Below the pieces are notes generated by a model. It was not told the origin of the DNA. It was given only the letters and a program-made list of their open reading frames with translations, and did not search any database. 35,868 nucleotides of DNA from Bugula neritina (taxonomy: Eukaryota; Animalia; Bryozoa): assembly GCA_964035545.1 (NCBI GenBank), contig CAXIUT010000239.1:1-35868 (forward strand), in the 5' to 3' direction. The position numbers and the translations under genes are program-made. Of the stretch, positions 1 through 11,972 are shown piece by piece. How positions within the stretch are numbered: the stretch's first letter is position 1; the number at the start of each line of letters is the position of its first letter.

Positions 1-100
1 CCCAACCCCAACCCCAACCCCAACCCCAACCCCAACCCCAACCCCAACCCCAACCCCAACCCCAACCCCAACCCCAACCCCAACCCCAACCCCAACCCCA
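1..100 (-). repeat. Left telomere, (CCCCAA)n; T(GGGGTT)16GGG on the minus strand
   Basis: Perfect C4A2 repeats at the window start, the Tetrahymena-type ciliate telomere repeat. Confidence 0.98.
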
Positions 101-101
101 T

Positions 102-272
102 CGGAAAAGCTAAAAAGTAATCATGCAATAAACACTACTATAAAATGAATAGGAAGATAACAGCCAAGATACTAGTGACTTTGTTCAAAGAAGAATTTCT
201 ACTTCTATTATTAGAAGAAGTAGAGATATAAGTCCTCTAAAAAATAATGAAAAAGAAGAACATTAATTTTGA
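102..272 (+). pseudogene. Probable 3' fragment of a gene cut by telomere addition
   Basis: Frame open from the telomere junction (RKSEKVIMQETLLENEEEDNSQDTSDFVQRRISTSIIRRSRDISPLKNNEKEEHEF) to a TGA-T stop, convergent with the Aurora gene. No recognisable homology. Confidence 0.4.
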
Positions 273-314
273 TTATTTATAAGTTTTAAATTGACTGGAA
301 TAAATTATAAACTA

Positions 315-2017
315 TCATTCTTACAATTGGAGCAAGAACCGATGCTTAAGAGCCTACGATGCTTTCATCCTCTGATCTGGATTCTTCAGTATCAGCTTTT
401 CAATAAAATCAATTGCTGAGGCTGACATATTCTAAGGATAAGTCACAGCTTCCATCTAACAGTTTATTATTTTTTTCATAGTTTACTTCCTACTAATATG
501 ATAGAAAGGAGCCTTTCCAGTCAAAAGTTCAAAAGTAAGCACTCCCAAACACCAGAGATCTACACTCATATCATAGTCTTTACCCTAGAGAATCTCCGGA
601 GCAGCATAGTCAAAGGTTCCACAGTATGTAGTTCTTCTCTGATTGCACAGAGTAGCCCAACCAAAATCACAAAGTTTACAAACGTTCTAAATAAATGAAT
701 TGATACGTTGGATATAACTATATTTTAAGGTTTGATGTCTCTATGGGCTATGTCATGGTCATGAAGGTACTCCACAGCCTCTGTTATTTGCTTTATTATT
801 GTTGCTGCTTCTATTTCAGACAGAATTTTATTCTTTTTGAGTTGAGAATAAAGAGTACCCTGCTCCATATACTCCAAAACGATGAATAGATGTGTACTAT
901 TATCAAAAAAACCATAAATTCTGAGAATATTCTTATGATTAAGAAAGCTCTGCAATCTAACCTCTAGAGCCAATTGATCAATCATGAAGTGGGACTTGAT
1001 CATTTCTTTAGGTATTTTCTTTAATGCAAATAGGCTAGAAGTGTTGCGATGCCTTACCATCGATACTATTCCAAATTTACCTTCTCCTAAGGTCTTCCCT
1101 GCCTAAAAATCTTCAAATGATATTTTATTGGACTTCTTCCATTTTTATTAAACTTATAAAAACTTAGTTGGAGGCGATCTAGAATCTGAGTTGTCGGTTG
1201 AAGTTGGAGACCCAACCTTCTTAAACCTTTATTCATAGGAGTATTTAGGCAACTTTGGAGTATAGCACTCATAGGGTTCTTGAGTGATTATTTTTTTTCT
1301 AAAAACATTGTTATTTTTTTATGAGTCATCCTGTTCGTTTTAAGGAGGATATGATGCTTTTCGGTAGTTTTCTATTTTGACTTTATGTTCTTCATAGGGC
1401 TTTGCTCGAGAAGAAGAAAAGCTTTATGGCACAATTTATTTTTATTTTTTGCTTTAAACCATGTTTTTTCTAAACCCTCCTGACTTCCACTTCTGTTTCA
1501 ACTACTCAATCGACTGTTCATTGTTGTCTCCATAATCAATCGATCTTAGACTTTTTGTCTATGGAACATACTGTTCTTTACGTGAGTAATAAAGATCGTA
1601 TTTATTAGGTGCTTTCATCAAATCGGTACTTGAGTTTATGGTATGAGTAGGGTTGCTTTCTGAATATGTTTTTTAAAGTCTATTTTTGAAGGTAGAGTTG
1701 CTACTAATTGTCTGTCGAAGGATACTACTCGGTTTTTGTAACTTGTCTTTTTCATCATTATGAATCCAAGTGTTGAAATCAGAAGATTTATAGTTGAGTG
1801 TTTGACGTAAGGTAGAGTATTCGCTGGGTAGTTTCCTTAAATTTTATAAATTAGTGGAGGAAACAGTCTGATTCACTGCCAACTTACTTCCCTCTTTGGG
1901 TTTTATCAAAGGTTCGTAGACAGCAAACTTATTAGGACTTTTCTTGAAGTTCAAGTCGCTGGTGAAAGAAGAGGTCTTGCTAGCTGGAGGAGAAAATATC
2001 GAAAACTTGTCTTTCAT
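315..2017 (-). CDS. Aurora-like Ser/Thr kinase, ~560 aa, long disordered N-terminus
   Basis: With TAR=Glu: DFEAGKTLGEGKFG, FALKKI, HRDIKPEN, DFGWA, RTTYCGTFDYAAPEILEG, VDLWCLGVL. One 20-nt intron at 687-706. Confidence 0.93.
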
Positions 2018-2271
2018 TCTTAATTAAGCAATATAATGAAATATGACTTTCACAGAAATTTATTTGAACATACTTTAAAACACTTAAAAACTCCAAAAAC
2101 TATCTAGAAACTAGTTCAATAAGGATCATAATTTTTAATATATTTGACTTAAATATGAGAAAAGTTGACTATATTAGATAAACAAAATTAAAATGCATTA
2201 AAACAAGTACAATGTTGATATATTAGTAGGTATGTTTAATATAATAGAGTTATATATATAACGAATAGATA

Positions 2272-3451
2272 ATGCATCATCACCTTTTCCCGATTGAAAA
2301 ACAAAAGCATTAAATTGAAAGAAGAATAAATCAACTTTAATAAAGATTTAAAGAGGTAAAGATTAATTTATGTAGAAAGAAATACCAAAAAATAATCAAA
2401 AAAGAATCAATAACTATCTACAAGATTAAAATAAAATTATAGCTCAACACCATACCTCAAAAACATTAGAACTTAGAGGTAAAATAAAAACTCAAGGAAA
2501 TAAAAATAAACCTGGAAAATAACAAACCTTTAATCCATCTTTCAAATCACCTCTAACAGAAACAATCAACCTCTAAAACAACTATGAAGCAAAATAATCA
2601 AAAAGACAATACTACAAAAGGTAAGGTAGAGACTACAAAAGGTAAGAGAGAGACTACAAAAGAGAAGACTACAAAAGAGAAGACTACAAAAGAGAAGACT
2701 ACAAAAGAGAAGACTACAAAAGAGAAGACTACAAAAGAGAAGACTACAAAAGAGAAGACTACAAAGGATAAGACTACAAAAGAGAAGACTACAAAGGATA
2801 AGACTACAAAGGGTAAGATTAGAAAGGATAAGATAAAGATAAAAAGATAAAATAACTCTATGATGTACTAATATGATGAAATAGATGATGCATTTGATAC
2901 TAAATGGACAAAAAAACATCGAAAAGGAAATAAATTAATTAAAAAGTAAATAATAAACTAAAAAGAGTAAATTTTAAGGACAGAATAGCTATCTTAGAGG
3001 TCAAATAACTCCTTTATAGTCTAGTTTATAAAAAAATAGCTACTCAAAATAGAATAAACATCAAAAAAGTCATAAGAAGATTCTTCAAGAACTCAACCAA
3101 AGTCTACCTCTCAAAGAATAGACAAGCCATAATAAGGATACTAAGTTAATAAAGCAAAAAAAAGTAATATCAAAGAAGTAAAGGTTTGATTTAGAGGGAA
3201 ATTTATAGTAGCTGAGAGGACAGTCGAAGTGCAGTGAGAGAATTCGAGTTGGAGAGGAGTGGAAGGGACGAATATGGTGTGAGGTGGAGGGAAGAGTGAA
3301 GGATTCATAGAAAGAGTATAAAGATACGATTCATCGTAATAATAAGCACTAGTTTTAACATTTAACTAGTACTTTTGAATTGCAAAGGAAGTTAAAAGAT
3401 GACTTATTGTAAAAAATATATCAACAGTGCAATCCTCAAGTGTATAAGTGA
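2272..3451 (+). CDS. Hypothetical coiled-coil protein with DYKRE pentapeptide repeats, ~379 aa
   Basis: Continuous frame after removing 20-nt introns at 2356-2375 and 2865-2884 (the second removes an in-frame TGA). Ends TGA-TGA. Confidence 0.7.
2610..2830 (+). repeat. Coding 15-bp tandem repeat (GACTACAAAAGAGAA)
   Basis: Directly visible. GAA and TAA alternate at the same codon position between copies. Confidence 0.95.
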
Positions 3452-3468
3452 TGAACGAATGATATAAA

Positions 3469-5109
3469 TCACTATTTTTTACATTTTTTATTTTTTTAAA
3501 AGTTTTAATGAGCCGTTTATATAATTTTAAGCAGTTAGGCTATTTGATTTTACGCAAGAGAGTGAAAAGTTTTAGCTATTTTACCTATTATATTTTTAAC
3601 ATTATGCTTTTCTATTCCACAATCAATCATATTCAAAGCATTATTCATCAAACTTGTATAAACTCCATTTTTTATATAAACCTATCTTTACTATTGAATT
3701 TTACAACTAGTTATACTTTATCTAACACTCCAAAAAAGATAAAACCTCCAAAAAGCCAAATCATTGAGAACTTTTTATTTTTTCAATTCATCTAAAATAG
3801 TTTTTCTTCTATTTTCTATTGAATTCGAATAGTATGAATTACCATACAGAATAATAGTTTGTACACATCTAAAGTCCAATTCAGAAATAGCCATTTTCAA
3901 TATCTACTTAAATATATAAACCAAAATCACGAATTATTAATTCTCAAATTTAAAACGACCACTCTTTCGAAAAGATTATATCCAAATCACAACCTCATTC
4001 CTGTATTATTAATATTTAGTCCTCAATTAAACCACCATCTCCTCCACAAACTTACCAACAACCAACTTCTCCACAAACTTACCAACACCCAACTTCTCCC
4101 CATGCTTACCAACCCCCAAACTCTCCCCATGCTTATCAACACCCAACTTCTCCCCATGATTACCAACACCCAACTTTTATTAAATATACCTTAACCTTTA
4201 CTCGCTAAAACTGTTTTCATTTTTAAAATCAATCACATCCTTTTGGGATAGAATATTTGATTTAAACTTTTTAAAAGGATCATCAAATGATAGTTGTTAA
4301 ATAGTTTTTGAAGCAAACGATAGTTGTTAAATAGTTTTAGTAGCAAATTGGTCTTTAAATTAATTGGTATTTTGCCAATTAAAGATATCTGTCTTCTTGA
4401 TCATAGTATCTATATCATATTGAATATTTCTAATCAGAGATATTTAGTGTACGTTCATCTTTTTAAAAAAATCTACAAATTACTCCTACACCTTTACATC
4501 CAACTACCAGATCTTCTTCTATCTCTCTGAAGCACTGCTCTCAAAACTAACCATCCCTTGTCTTACTTTCATCCAATCACTCTCCAATATCTCTAAAGAT
4601 GTAGATTGTTCTAAAAGTATATTTTGAGATATTTTTCTATTGCTTATATTGTCTTTATATAAAACAGATATTTAGTTAAGAATAAACTTCTAGTCAAGTT
4701 CTTTTAACTTTTGCTCAATACTACCTTTGTTCTTAAGCAAACTATCAAAAGATATCTTCAAATCTTTCTACATATTTTTCAACTCAGATAACTGACTCCT
4801 CATTTCCTCTTATATGGGAATCAATCCTTCCTTCAATAGCTAAGCTTCTCTTTATAACTGTTGTCGGAATAGTCTTATCTGATGAGAACGCTAGTTTATT
4901 AACTTCTTAAAGTTTAATATTATCTTACAGTAAAGAGGATGTGATGACTGGAGTTCACTTATTTTTTGTGCCGATCTATTGATAGCTTTTTCATATTGCT
5001 ATTCAGCTTAGACTCGTAGTAGAATTGAAGCCATGAGACTGTTAAGAGTTTAAAAGTTTTGAAGATGGTAAGAAAATACCTGATTGACTTTTGGAAATAC
5101 TTAGTGCAT
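3469..5109 (-). CDS. F-BAR-like coiled-coil plus SBF1/SBF2-like domain protein, ~546 aa
   Basis: Intronless ORF. N-terminal LLRVEAEEQYEKAINR...HEISLIRNIQYDID resembles F-BAR; C-terminal FRKSGRF...DFRCVQTIILYGNSYY...LNDLAFWRFYL resembles SBF2. Domain calls from pattern recall. Confidence 0.65.
4040..4176 (-). repeat. Coding 27-bp tandem repeat (EKLGVGKHG, about 5 copies)
   Basis: Unit CTTACCAACACCCAACTTCTCCCCATG on the plus strand, degenerate copies. Confidence 0.9.
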
Positions 5110-5155
5110 TTGATAGATATAATATTAAATGATTCAGAAGTTAGTGGATAAATCA

Positions 5156-7615
5156 TCACAATCTGAAATTAAAAACATTTTAATCCTATTTCTATTTCTA
5201 TCTGATCCTCAAGGTCAACCTCTCTATCTCTCGCTTATAGCTCACTATCTACTCCTTCAAAACCTCTATCTACGGAATCAACAAACATTACTCAGCCGAT
5301 TCAAGCATACGCATTATCTATCCTCCACTCTCTTCTTAACTATTCTCTTCTTCATCAACTTAACTACTCTCTTCATCAACTTAACTACTCTGTCTTTAAA
5401 CCTATCTACTATTTGGAATTAACTATTATTCCTCTGCTTGAATCCCACTTTCTGCCACCAACTTTTATTCAGTTTGAGCCTCACTCTAAATATATTATGT
5501 CTCATAAGTCTGAATTCCACTTGATACTTCTTCCTTCTCTTCTGTTTGCATCCCACCTTAAACCACAACATATTATAGCTGAACCTGACTTCTTCTTTAG
5601 AGTTATATCTGACTTCTTCTTTAGAGTTATATCTGACTTCTTCTTTAGAGTTATATCTAACTTCCTCTTTAGAGTTATTTCTAACTTCCTCTTTAGAGTT
5701 ATTTCTAACTTCCTCTTTAGAGTTATATCTGACTTCTTCTTTAGAGTTATTTCTAACTTCCTCTTTAGAGTTATTTCTAACTTCCTCTTTAGAGTTATAT
5801 CTGACTTCTTCTTTAGAGTTATATCTGACTTCTTCTTTAGAGTTATTTCTAACTTCCTCTTTAGAGTTATTTCTAACTTCCTCTTTAGAGTTATATCTGA
5901 CTTCTTCTTTAGAGTTATATCTGACTTCTTCTTTAGAGTTATATCTAACTTCCTCTTTAGAGTTATTTCTAACTTCCTCTTTAGAGTTATATCTGACTTC
6001 TTCTTTAGAGTTATATCTGACTTCCTCTTTAGAGTTATATCTGACTTCTTCTTTAGAGTTATATCTGACTTCTTCTTTAGAGTTATATCTGACTTCTTCT
6101 TTAGAGTTATATCTAACTTTCTCTTTAGAGTTATATCTGACTTCTTCTTTATAATTCCTTTTAATATATATTTTTTTGACTTATTATTTAAATATTTTAC
6201 TTTTCATATTCAGTCTGACATTCATTCTAGATATGTGCTATAAAGATTTAGGTTTGACATTAATTCTATTTTATTTAGCTATTCTTTTCAGTTTGATATT
6301 CTAATTCTCTTTTGGTTATATTTTTCTAAGTCTGTATTCCACTCTATATACCTTATTTATAATATTCAGTTTGACTTTATCTATCTATTTTTTATCTTCT
6401 TGATATCTACATTATCTTCAATACTGATATAATCTTTTCACTACTCTTCTATTGCTATTCATTCATTTCTTTTATTGTTTTTCTTACATCAGATGCTATA
6501 CTTTTCAACTTTAAACACTGACCACTCAATAAAGATTCCAGCTATTTGATATTATGTTTGTTACGAGTTGATTCCCGAGTGAGTAAAGAGTACTATTTTG
6601 TTAGTTTAGAAAGTACTTCTTCGATAGTTAATTTTTATCTTAACAAATCTTAAAACTATTTCTGTTCAAAAGATAGTTGATTGGATAATGTTGTATTTAC
6701 TTCTTTTACTTTCTCGAGTTTCTCCAATAAACATACTTTCTATTTATTTAAAGAAGTATGTTAGACAGATAAATCAACATACTTCTCTTTTTAAGTTTAT
6801 AAAGCAGTTCTAGTAGCTATAACCTATTGACTTATACCTTAATGCTCTTATACTTTCTAACGAATAGACTCAGTAATCTTTTTAAAAGTCACAGGTTGAT
6901 CATTCTTAATACATCCTAGCTTTTATATTTTAGCAAATAAAGCTTTAATTATTCTATCTTTCTTGTCAATGCTCTCTTGAAGCTCTCTTACCTTTCCATC
7001 CAACATTTTTTATTCTGACATTATTCCCCCTGACAACTTCTTTTCAAGACCACTTTTAATTAACCCATCAACTGTTACTTTTGGACTTTTTTCCCTTGCT
7101 ATCAAAGTATTCTGAAAAACTCCAGAACCATTACTGCTAGGACATAAAAACAAACTCTCAAATTACTAAACTATTGATTTTTGACTGAGAATATATCTTT
7201 ATATATTGTCTTTACACTACCTTATTTTTGATTTATTGTTTTACTATTAAGCTTTAATAAGATTTTTTTTAGCTATTTATTCCCTTTGAAGCTATTATTG
7301 ATATTTATCATACAATCGACGAGGCCTACCATCCAAATATTTAATCACAATAGAAAAGATTTTATTAATTTTTTAGTTTCTACCAGACTAATCACCTCTA
7401 TCTCTATCTTTTTTGCTATTTTTATCAGGCACTATCGCATATTAAATAAATTTATTAGTATCAGTAGTTCTCAAAGGATGCTATTTTCTATTATAACTAA
7501 CCAAGTTATTATTCTGCTGAGTTCTTTTGAATTTGCTAGAATTTTTAACCTATCTAGAACTTCTGTAATTAATACATTTATACTATCGATTGGCCTGGGT
7601 GGTGTTTCTCATCAT
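5156..7615 (-). CDS. Coiled-coil protein with 8-aa repeats and multiple QT motifs, ~819 aa
   Basis: Single 2460-nt ORF under table 30, ending TGA-TGA. Repeat reads RRSQIELE/RGSEKELE. Confidence 0.8.
5586..6150 (-). repeat. Coding 24-bp tandem repeat, about 23 copies in two main variants
   Basis: Units TGACTTCTTCTTTAGAGTTATATC and TAACTTCCTCTTTAGAGTTATTTC on the plus strand. Confidence 0.97.
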
Positions 7616-7649
7616 TTAAATATTTAAACTGTTAATTATAATATTGTGT

Positions 7650-8756
7650 ATGAAAATAAGAAACCTTTTTTATTTCTTTGGGAAATATTATGCATAAGAA
7701 TAAATAAAACTATTTAACAACCTAGATCAGCTTAAATATAGGATAGGTAAATAGTACTTTTTTGTCAGAAAAAACTATCAAGAAATAGGACATTAAATTC
7801 AAACATTGATTAAAAGACATGAATGGTAATTACTCAGGGACGGGTTAGAATTAATCAATATTAACTAACTAGATTCTTGGCTGATTCTTAAAAAAATATC
7901 TAATACTCTTACGAAAACCCTTAATTCATAAGTGCTTTTTGAAGGAATGAGATAAAATTAAATCAAAAGCATTCTTTCAATCTTAAACATCCTTCGATAC
8001 TAACCTATCAAAAATAAATAATACGACTCACTAGACCCATTCTACGAACAACTATAGCAGTATTTTTAGAATCTATCAAAAAATGAAATAGATTTGTTTT
8101 ACTTTTAGCTAGTTAAAAATCTCATTCATACTCAACCATCTCTTTTCCAAAAGAAGAGAAAATAAATTTAAACTTTTATTGAAGTAAACTTATAAGCTAT
8201 GTTATAAAAAGGATACTATTTAACAAAAATTTTAGCGAAAGGAATGATATCTAACTTTTGGAGCATTTAGTTCAAAAAAAGACTTGTTAGATATGTCCTT
8301 TTCACCAATAAAAACCAGTAAAAGATAAACCCCCTGCTCTTTGCTGACCTGAGTATACCTACAAATATAGAACAAGTAGTTAACAAATAAAAAGTAAAGA
8401 CATAAACAGATATATTCAATATTTTAGATGGCTATCAATACGATTTCAAAACTAATGTTCTTATCAATAAATACTAAGTCGATATTCTTCTTTCTGATTC
8501 CATTATAGTCTAGTATAATGGACATCATCACTACTCCATCAATTCACTCAAACTCATGCCTACTCTGTATTAGCAATGGAGATGCTCAATCCTAAAATCA
8601 AGAGGCTTTCATCTTGTTATCATTCCTTATGACTAGTGGAAAGTTCTAAAGTATTTTTAATCTAAAAGATAGTACCTTGTCACCAAAATATAAAATAATC
8701 TCATCCAAAACTACTCAAATAATTCAGTTAATGATATGCTTATTAGTAACGACTGA
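7650..8756 (+). CDS. RAP-domain protein, probably mitochondrial RNA-binding, ~368 aa
   Basis: C-terminal YEVDILL...IIVEYNGHHHY...ILKSRGFHLVIIPYDEW matches the RAP domain pattern. N-terminus MKIRNLFYFFGK is presequence-like. Confidence 0.85.
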
Positions 8757-9000
8757 TATGTTTATTAATAATGACTGATATGTTTATTAAAAACGACTGA
8801 TATGTTTATTAATAATGACTGATATGTTTATTAGTAACGACTGATATGTTTATTAGTAACGACTGATATGTTTATTAAAAACGACTGATATGTGTATAAT
8901 AACGACTGGTATGTTTATTAGTAATGACTGATATGCTTATTAGTAACGACTGATATGCTTATTAGTAATGACTGGTATGTTTTATTAGTAACGACTGATA
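8732..9000 (+). repeat. 22-bp minisatellite (TGATATGTTTATTAGTAACGAC), about 12 copies, including the RAP gene stop
   Basis: Directly visible tandem array. Confidence 0.95.
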
Positions 9001-9035
9001 ATATCTATTGGCAAATATAAATAAAATTATTTTTG

Positions 9036-10262
9036 ATGAAAAACTTTATCCACCGCAACATCATGTTAATAAAAGGATCAAAGAAAGCTTCCTCGATCTA
9101 ACGTGAACACAATAAAGGTCCAATTAGCAAACACAACAGTCTCCCTAAAAGCGGATCAATGAATCAAAGAATATCTTAATTATAAAAGAAATTGTAATAT
9201 GTCTAACAAAATTATCAACAAGAAATAATATAACAACTATCAACGATCAAAGATGATATCAGACTAATAAAATCACACATGTTCGAACAAAAATATAATC
9301 ACACAGAAAAACAAATCACACAATAAAGCCAAGATTAATAAACTATTTTTGGATCAAACAAACAAAGAATGAAAAGCCAAAGCTCAGAACACGATAGCAA
9401 ACTAGCTTAAAAAAGTCTAGTCCATAATAATAGTTCAAAAGTAGTAGCTGTTTCATAGATAATCCAGGCTAGAATCAAAAGAAGTCACTCCAACTATCAT
9501 AAAAGTAGCATCAACCTGAAGGCCATCTCATCTTTCATCAAATAATACAAACTATAAACTCCTTAGTTCAGCACTATCTTCTATGGCTACTCAAAAAGAA
9601 ACTCACATCCAGTTGTTGTCAAATACGCCCCTGAAGGACTAGCACCCATCATAGAAATTTATGATAGACTTTGGAAAAATATAGCTATGGCTAAGTGGCC
9701 CTGTGTCAATCGACTACTTGACTTCAAAAGATAAGATTCCAGCTATATAGTCATATAAAAAAACAAAGGATCCATCCTAGGACTACCTCCTAAAGCCATC
9801 CTCATCGATATCCTCAAAATCATAGAATTTATTCACGACTGCGGCTACCTCTACAGAAACATTGAACCAGAACATTTCATGCTGAATTAGGAGGGACAAC
9901 TAGTAGTCATTGACTTCAAAAGGACAAAAAGATTCATCGATATCAAAGGACACTCTTTATAGGTTGTAGATGTCTACAATGGAAGTCCTTTCGCCAGCAA
10001 CAACCAATTAAGAGGATTTCCCTAAAGTAGAAAAGATGACCTTGAATCTCTAGGATATCTGGCCTTATTGCTCCTTGAAATTTAAATTCCATGGTTTGGT
10101 TGTAGTCGAGAACAAACCATCAAAATAAGGTCATCTCTCACTCTACAATAGCTATACAAAAATAACTCTAAGTGGGTCTAGTTTATGGCTGTGGTGATGA
10201 AGAGTCCCAAAGGAGAACGTCCTGACTATAAAAAACTTCTAGACATCATATAATACAGCTGA
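9036..10262 (+). CDS. Casein kinase 1-like pseudokinase, ~408 aa
   Basis: CK1 signature SRKDDLESLGY, FASNNQLRG, IPW, ERPDY. Catalytic loop reads YRNIEPEH and DFG reads DFK. Confidence 0.85.
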
Positions 10263-10305
10263 TATATCATATAATACAGCTGATATATCATATTATACAG
10301 CTGAT
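10245..10305 (+). repeat. 21-bp tandem triplication of the CK1-like gene stop region
   Basis: ATCATATAATACAGCTGATAT in about 3 copies. Confidence 0.9.
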
Positions 10306-10337
10306 TTGTCTTATTTTCATTTCTTATTATTAGTCTA

Positions 10338-11491
10338 TCAAGTTCTCTCTGACAACCACTCTTGCATTACTTTTGCTACATCAGAAACGTGATCGTCCAG
10401 CCAAATTGCATGCCACATATCAAATATAATAACTGTAGTCTTATCAGTACAAGGACTGAACTTTTAGAGATCCAGGCAAGCAAAAGGATCCACCAATTTA
10501 TCACTTCCAGACTGAATCAATAAATAAGGAGTTTTAAAGTTTGAAAACTATTTACGAGTACGAGCCATTGCCATCATAATTTCCTGAACAGTTTTTGGAT
10601 AAAGCCTTCCATGATAAATGTAAGAATCACTTTGAGAATAACTATCCAGACGGTACTTTGATCCGTTTCTACCCGTTTGTTTTAAAAGCTGTTTGTAAGG
10701 AAATAATAATGAAAAGAGCATTGTTAATTTCTTTAACAGAGGATAATGCATTTTGTTTTACCTAAGAGAAGGACTTAGAAAGATAGCTCCATTTACAATA
10801 GAATGGTTCTTCAGAAGAAGATTAAAAGCAACTGCTCCTCCCAAACTCATCCCAGATAGATAAATCTTCATGTTTGGATTTTAAGATTTGACTTTGATCA
10901 CATATTGTTCAGCTATAGTAACTAACTGTTCGAAGGATTCAAGACAGCCTCGACGAGAACCTTCTGATTGTCCAAAATTGACAAAATCGAAACCTTTCAA
11001 TAGATATCCATCTTTAGACAGAGTACTAGCAATTTATCCGAATGTTCCAGTATGTCCATTGAGTGAATGCAAAAATATGATAACAGCTTTAGTTTTTTTA
11101 TTGTTTGGAGTCCAACTATATGTCATTAGTTTAGTTCCATGATAGTTCCATATTTCTTTATCAGGAAATATAGGAATTTGTCTTTAAAAAGAAAAAATAG
11201 ATTTTTTAAGACTTTTTATCCTCTACAACTCTTCATTTCTATCTTTAAATGAAATATTTTTGAAATAATCATAGTCTAATTGAAACTTATCTCGAAATTT
11301 TACCTCTTTAGAGTAACTCTTAACCTCTTTCGAAAAGCTATTTCCCAGAAGCGAGTGTAAACCTTTTAATAAAGTAAACTTCTGGTTTAGATTGATCCAT
11401 AGTCGAACAACTAACATAACTATCACATAAATATATCACTTACAATTAAAAATAAATCCAATAAGACTAACTATTTAGAGTATTCAGTCAT
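10338..11491 (-). CDS. Alpha/beta hydrolase, monoglyceride lipase/lysophospholipase (Hydrolase_4) family, ~377 aa
   Basis: IFLHSLNGH, GFDFVNFGQSEG, GMSLGG nucleophile elbow, QSGSDKLVD, MWH; triad intact. The 5' exon depends on an atypical 20-nt intron at 11420-11439; the alternative start is ATG 11417. Confidence 0.88.
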
Positions 11492-11539
11492 TAAAAGAGG
11501 CTTTTAAATATCTAGAACTTTCTTATACGTATAATATAT

Positions 11540-11802
11540 ATGTAAAATATCAGGCAAGTACCTTCAAAATTATATTGGTTCTTGTCCGCTATCATCGAAC
11601 TCATCCTCATCTTCTTCGTCTCCATCTTTAAACTCAACAAACCCTCTGACTCACTCACCTCAGATGACATCAGAAACCTCAGACGAGGAAATCAACCCGG
11701 CGGACATAACGGAAATGATTGGAGATATCAAGGATCAAGAGGTAAGTATCCTTTTATTTAGGTTCGACCAGAGTGCCCATGGGAGGATGAGGAGGAGGCT
11801 GA
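11540..11802 (+). CDS. SELENOK: Selenoprotein K, ~80 aa, Sec at TGA 11788-11790
   Basis: N-terminal TM segment LYWFLSAIIELILIFFVSIF, Gly/Arg-rich tail ending RVPMGG-U-GGG-stop, 20-nt intron at 11742-11761, downstream SECIS. Confidence 0.9.
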
Positions 11803-11819
11803 TTCGATGGTTGAGGAAG

Positions 11820-11897
11820 AGAAGGCGCTACAATTTCCATGATTGAGTTTAAAAAAACTCGAAAGAGCTTTAAACTCATGATAATTGAAGCTATTCT
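11820..11897 (+). promoter_or_regulatory. Eukaryotic SECIS element, type II
   Basis: A-UGAU (11839-11843)/UGAU (11879-11882) core, perfect 10-bp helix TGAGTTTAAA/TTTAAACTCA, unpaired AAAA, apical mini-stem CTC-GAAA-GAG, lower helix CAATT/AATTG, GCT/AGC, AGAA/TTCT. Confidence 0.92.
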
Positions 11898-11972
11898 TTG
11901 GTGATTCTTTATGATATAAGTTAGCAATCACTCTAGTATGAACAATTTTATTTGTTTTATTTCATATTTAGC

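Noticed and set aside
2207-2268. Two further 20-nt GT..AG segments upstream of ATG 2272
   Set aside because: Both lack the A at -6, and splicing them leads into a frame that stops earlier and reads less plausibly.
5413-6243. 276-aa FFFRVISD-repeat ORF from the track
   Set aside because: Antisense shadow of the coding repeat in the minus-strand gene 5156-7615.
5586-10026. Standard ciliate code (TAR=Gln) or split code (TAA=Lys), hinted at by CAG/TAG alternation in the 24-bp repeat and TAA at the CK1 'Q-SRRDD' position
   Set aside because: Outweighed by many invariant Glu positions encoded by both TAA and TAG in unrelated families.
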